From Lytechinus pictus (Eukaryota): a DNA stretch of 64,000 nt. Location: assembly GCF_037042905.1 (NCBI RefSeq), contig NC_087247.1:38378001-38442000 (forward strand), written 5' to 3'. Shown one piece after another: positions 59,801 through 64,000 of the stretch. The position numbers and the translations under genes are program-made. Within the stretch, counting starts at the first letter, position 1. The number at the start of each line of letters is the position of its first letter. The notes under the pieces were generated by a model, which saw only the letters and a list, made by a program, of their open reading frames with translations, ran no database searches and was not told where the DNA came from.

Positions 59801-62800
59801 ACAAATTATACTAATGAAAGATGCCTCCAAAAATGAATATTAGATTAATCTAAATTAATAACTGAGAATTACAACAGGTTGCAGATAAGCATCAACATAA
59901 ATCATCGCTTTATACATTTCATGAATATTGGTATACGGAATCAATTAACAATAGCACTGGTAAAGTATCATAATGTGGAAATATACTTCATGTACTAGAA
60001 ATCTTAATTCTTGACCACATTACTTCAATATAAGAATACCGATCTCTGTAAGTTAAATATTAATTCATAAACAAAGACTCATCAGAAATAGCATCACAAT
60101 CTGAATGCCAGTTTAAGTGATCCTCTATCTAAAATCGAATAGTTATTCAAATCATTTGCCATTCATCAAATAATTTACATTTCGTACAGTTTTATTGCCA
60201 TTGCAAACACTTCTTTGTTTGCTCTCTGTAATCAGATATCAATTTGACGACTCAATCATATTCAAAATTAGAGTACGGTCTTCAATTCTTTAAAGATAGG
60301 ATCTGATAAATCTGTAAATCCATATGGCATGGCAAAACCTGTTCAATTCTAGTTGATCCAATAGGGGTTCCAATATCTTAATATCTCGAAGCAAAGTTCG
60401 TTATGCAAGTGTCCCCTATGAATAATACTACGAAATGTTCAATTAACTTCTTAGAAAGTCGTATTGGAATAAAATGCACCACTAATCTAAGAGAAATAAA
60501 GAACATGTACAACAATCAGAAAGTGATTAGTACGTTTCTTGAAAATTTGGAGATTGATGCATCGAGACAATGAAAGCAAACATTTCGATTTTTGAAAGTA
60601 ATTGATCCTGGTCAATTAGAGACATATATTTCTTTTTTAATAGCAAGCATTTTATCATCAAACTCATTATGCATTAACATTGCTTGTTTTGACGGCGACT
60701 CCTTCCTACCTGAAAAGCGTTTATACTCATTAGAAGAAAAAAAATATGTTTAGTTTTCCGCCAAATTCATATTTCTCACAATAGTGTTTACCACTGATGG
60801 AGCCAATAATGATATCATTACGTTTTAAAAATTATGATGGTCATAATGATAATAATAATGATGATAATAACAACAATGATAATAAATTACAATAATAACA
60901 ATAATAATGATTTTATAGCATTTGAATCTACTTCTTGTAATTTCAATACCATCTCGGAGGGGATGGGAATATGGGGTAGTTAAATGGGAGGGGGTGCATT
61001 TTACCCTGAACCTCCCATGAATCGTATATGCATGACCATACCACTTCTCCCGCAGAGTTTCTCGTTTACATTACCCACACCATGATCATCCCGTTATCAT
61101 GATAAGAGAGGTGCAAAGATTGAAATACTGAATATTCTTCTTGTCTCTTAGACAATAGTAGATCTATCTCTGTATTGTATTTACTCTCGAGTGAATACCC
61201 CCATATCGCAGACAATAGTTTAAACTAACAATTAGCCAAGTGTTACATTACATATAATTTATAGTTGTATTTGTACAACCCCGAACTTTCTTTGATATAC
61301 GTGTATGATACAAAAAGCTTGAATGTAGCATGTGAATGACATGGAAATGCGATAAACAACATATTGTCGTTTTTGTTTCTTTCAAATTCAAAGGCACGAA
61401 TATGTGTGAAAATAATGAAATACAGTGCGGTTAATTCCCGAATTAAAAGGGGGGGGGGGTGAAAGAAAAATTACATCTTATTTTCATTTATTTTTTAAAT
61501 GAAAGATGATAACATAACCTTACACGTTTATCTTCTGTAATAGAGGAATAGGTTTACATGTAATTTATAATAAGGGCTTCCTCTGTAAAATACAGTTGTA
61601 TATATTAATTGAATTAACGCTTATTATAGAGCAATCCATCCGTCTTTTTACTGATATTTTCTTGGTAATCATTAATGTACCGAATTGTTGTTTTTAATTG
61701 ACAAAATGAATGAAAAAAAAGCATATAAGGAATAGAATTATCGTAAAGATAAAATAATATTAGTTGTAGCATAATATTTTCTTTTCTTTCATGAATATGA
61801 AATTTTCTAGCTCAAGTTTGTCTCAAGGCTCTCATTTCTCTGATGTATGTCTTGCTGCACGCAAAACGGTCTAGTGTAACCCCATTTTAACGATGACCCA
61901 AGGCCTGAAGCTCTTGACACCACGATGACCCAGGCTTTCCTCGGCAAGAACACATTTTGAGCACCATGTTAGCAATCATCATTGTCAGTTTATCTGTCTT
62001 TGTCACTTGAGCTTATCAACAATGATCTAAATATTTATCAAAGTTTGAAAATTCCACGCTCCTATGAAGTGTGTATAGTGTCTACATCAGATGCTGAATT
62101 ATCATCGAAAGCTGGTGATGGTTTCTTTTCGATGTTTATTTCGGAGGTCATGCAGCAAATATCGTGGTTCTGTAAAATATCTAATGACGTGTTTCAGGGA
62201 TGACTACATCCCATGATGTCCTATTAAAAAAAAATTTATTTGAAAGTAGTTTATTTATGGAAAAGACCTACAAGTAGGTCACTGTCCTTTCGAGAACTAT
62301 ATGATTAAGGATAGGGTATTTCTTTTCTTGTTGTTCCTATCATCATTTTTGCCTTTGAGTTTGCACTGAACTCCAGCTCAACATCACATTAGACCATTGA
62401 TTTATTTATGTAATAGTAACTTCTTTTAGGAAAACACAATTCAGATTAGTTAAGGAAGGTATGTCGATGTATAATAAGCATCGGTTCTATCTTCAGTTTT
62501 CTGTTTAAGATAATTAATTATCCCATTAACATAACAAAATCAACAATAATAAAGTCATTAGCAATAGAGGCCTACAGATAATTATAACCACGCAAGAAAT
62601 AAAATCGAATAAAGTATGTCCTTCCTTTTTTTTTAATCTAGATATTTTGGCGTACGAAACAATAACATTGTCTAACGATGTGGCCTGCATATCGAAAATA
62701 CCGCCATGTTCTTTAAAAAAATGTAAAATGTATGTAAGTGAGAGGAATTGCTAGATAGTCTCCCGATATAATTCACTCAAAATTCTTTCTTGAATGACGT

Positions 62801-64000
62801 TCTTCAGTCACATGTATTTTTTAGATGTCCATCTGAACATAAGTCATGCCACGTACATTATGAAGAAAAAAAATACTTCCATAAATTATCAACATCCGTT
62901 AAGAAATAAATATGTCGATGTCCCACAGAATAATGACATCAATTTTTTGAATGTCCATTTGTCTTATTCGCTCTTCAAATTTTAGCAAAATTTTGTCTTG
63001 TTTCGAATGTATGGCAATGTTTACATGCTTCTAAAATCTGTCACATAATGTGAACGATTTATGTGTGTTAGCTCAGCAATGTAGCACAACTAGCCCTATT
63101 CACACTAGCTCCCTTATAAACCCTTTCAATATACCTTAAAGCGATAATTTCTCTCCTTCGAATTTCTGTTATTGGTATTACTCTGTTCGTTCGTGGTATT
63201 TGCTTATTTGCGGAGTATCACTGTGACCATCATTGTTTCTAATATTAATCATTGAATATCAAATTGACCAAGCAAAATTTCTAGGATTCCCAGCCCCGCA
63301 GTCTGACTACCATAATATACCTAATCGGTTTCTTAGAAAGCACACTTTATCCTTCCAACTGTATTTCTTCCACTTATCTCTCTCCCTTTCTTTCTATCTA
63401 TCTCTACTCTATCTTTTTTTTCTTTCTTTCTTTTCCTCTCTTCCTTCTCTTCGTCTCTTTTCTCTATGTCCTCTCTACTCTTCCTCTCTTCCATCCCAGT
63501 CTCTCCATTGCTGATGGCAGCGTTTCTCCCTACAGACCAATTGACTCAAAGTCTGACAAAAAGAAACCCGGCAAATCGACATGAAAAATGATTTTCTTTT
63601 TTGTTTTTGGAAAAATAAACAATTTTGAGTGGTATTGTGAAGAAATATTTCAGAGTTGTGCATTTTCCTGGCCTCTGTCATCACGTTGACGGCAAGAAAA
63701 ACATCATTAATAACTCAACACTACATTTTTCCCCCATTCCGGATAATTGCGTTGCAGAACAGATAAATCGTTTTATACTATTGCACTTTGTATTGCTATC
63801 AAAAAATGGAAAACAAAATGTTTTGTTCCCTAACAGAATTACTTTTTTTAGTGGTGTAATGTGGCTAGCTTTGATACGTTTAGAAAAGGTAAAAAGGATA
63901 GAAAGTGTGCAATATAACTTTGTAAATTTCATGATATTTCCGGTATATTCCAGCTTTATTATGAACTTCAATTATTCTGAAACGAAAAGAATCGAAAGCA

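Overview
AT-rich, intron-rich animal DNA. The repeat families and gene content suggest an invertebrate deuterostome, probably a sea urchin (inference). The ORF track shows only fragments, so I assembled the genes exon by exon from GT/AG junctions and phase arithmetic. (1) A two-exon + strand gene (518-4991, 316 aa) encodes a P-loop sulfotransferase-like protein of the type found as the N-terminal domain of 'BCAT-like' proteins. (2) A minus-strand gene of at least 33 exons (35863 to 8518, about 1290 aa, no frame break) encodes a secreted mosaic: signal peptide, 4 C-type lectin domains (CTLDs), 5 kringles, CTLD5 and half of CTLD6. A complete PAN/apple exon sits between the two half-exons of kringle 4, and a ~52-bp minisatellite copied from that kringle's exon/donor junction follows it. 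(3) A 5'-incomplete minus-strand gene (56875 to 41042, 16 exons, about 974 aa) encodes TSP1, TSPN/LamG, a mucin-like S/T stalk, 2 more TSP1, 6.5 EGF repeats and a C-terminal EMI-like domain. Introns and intergenic DNA carry MITEs (one nested pair), tRNA-derived SINEs, L2/CR1 LINE ends, a Helentron-like tandem-repeat element, microsatellites and a 238-N gap.
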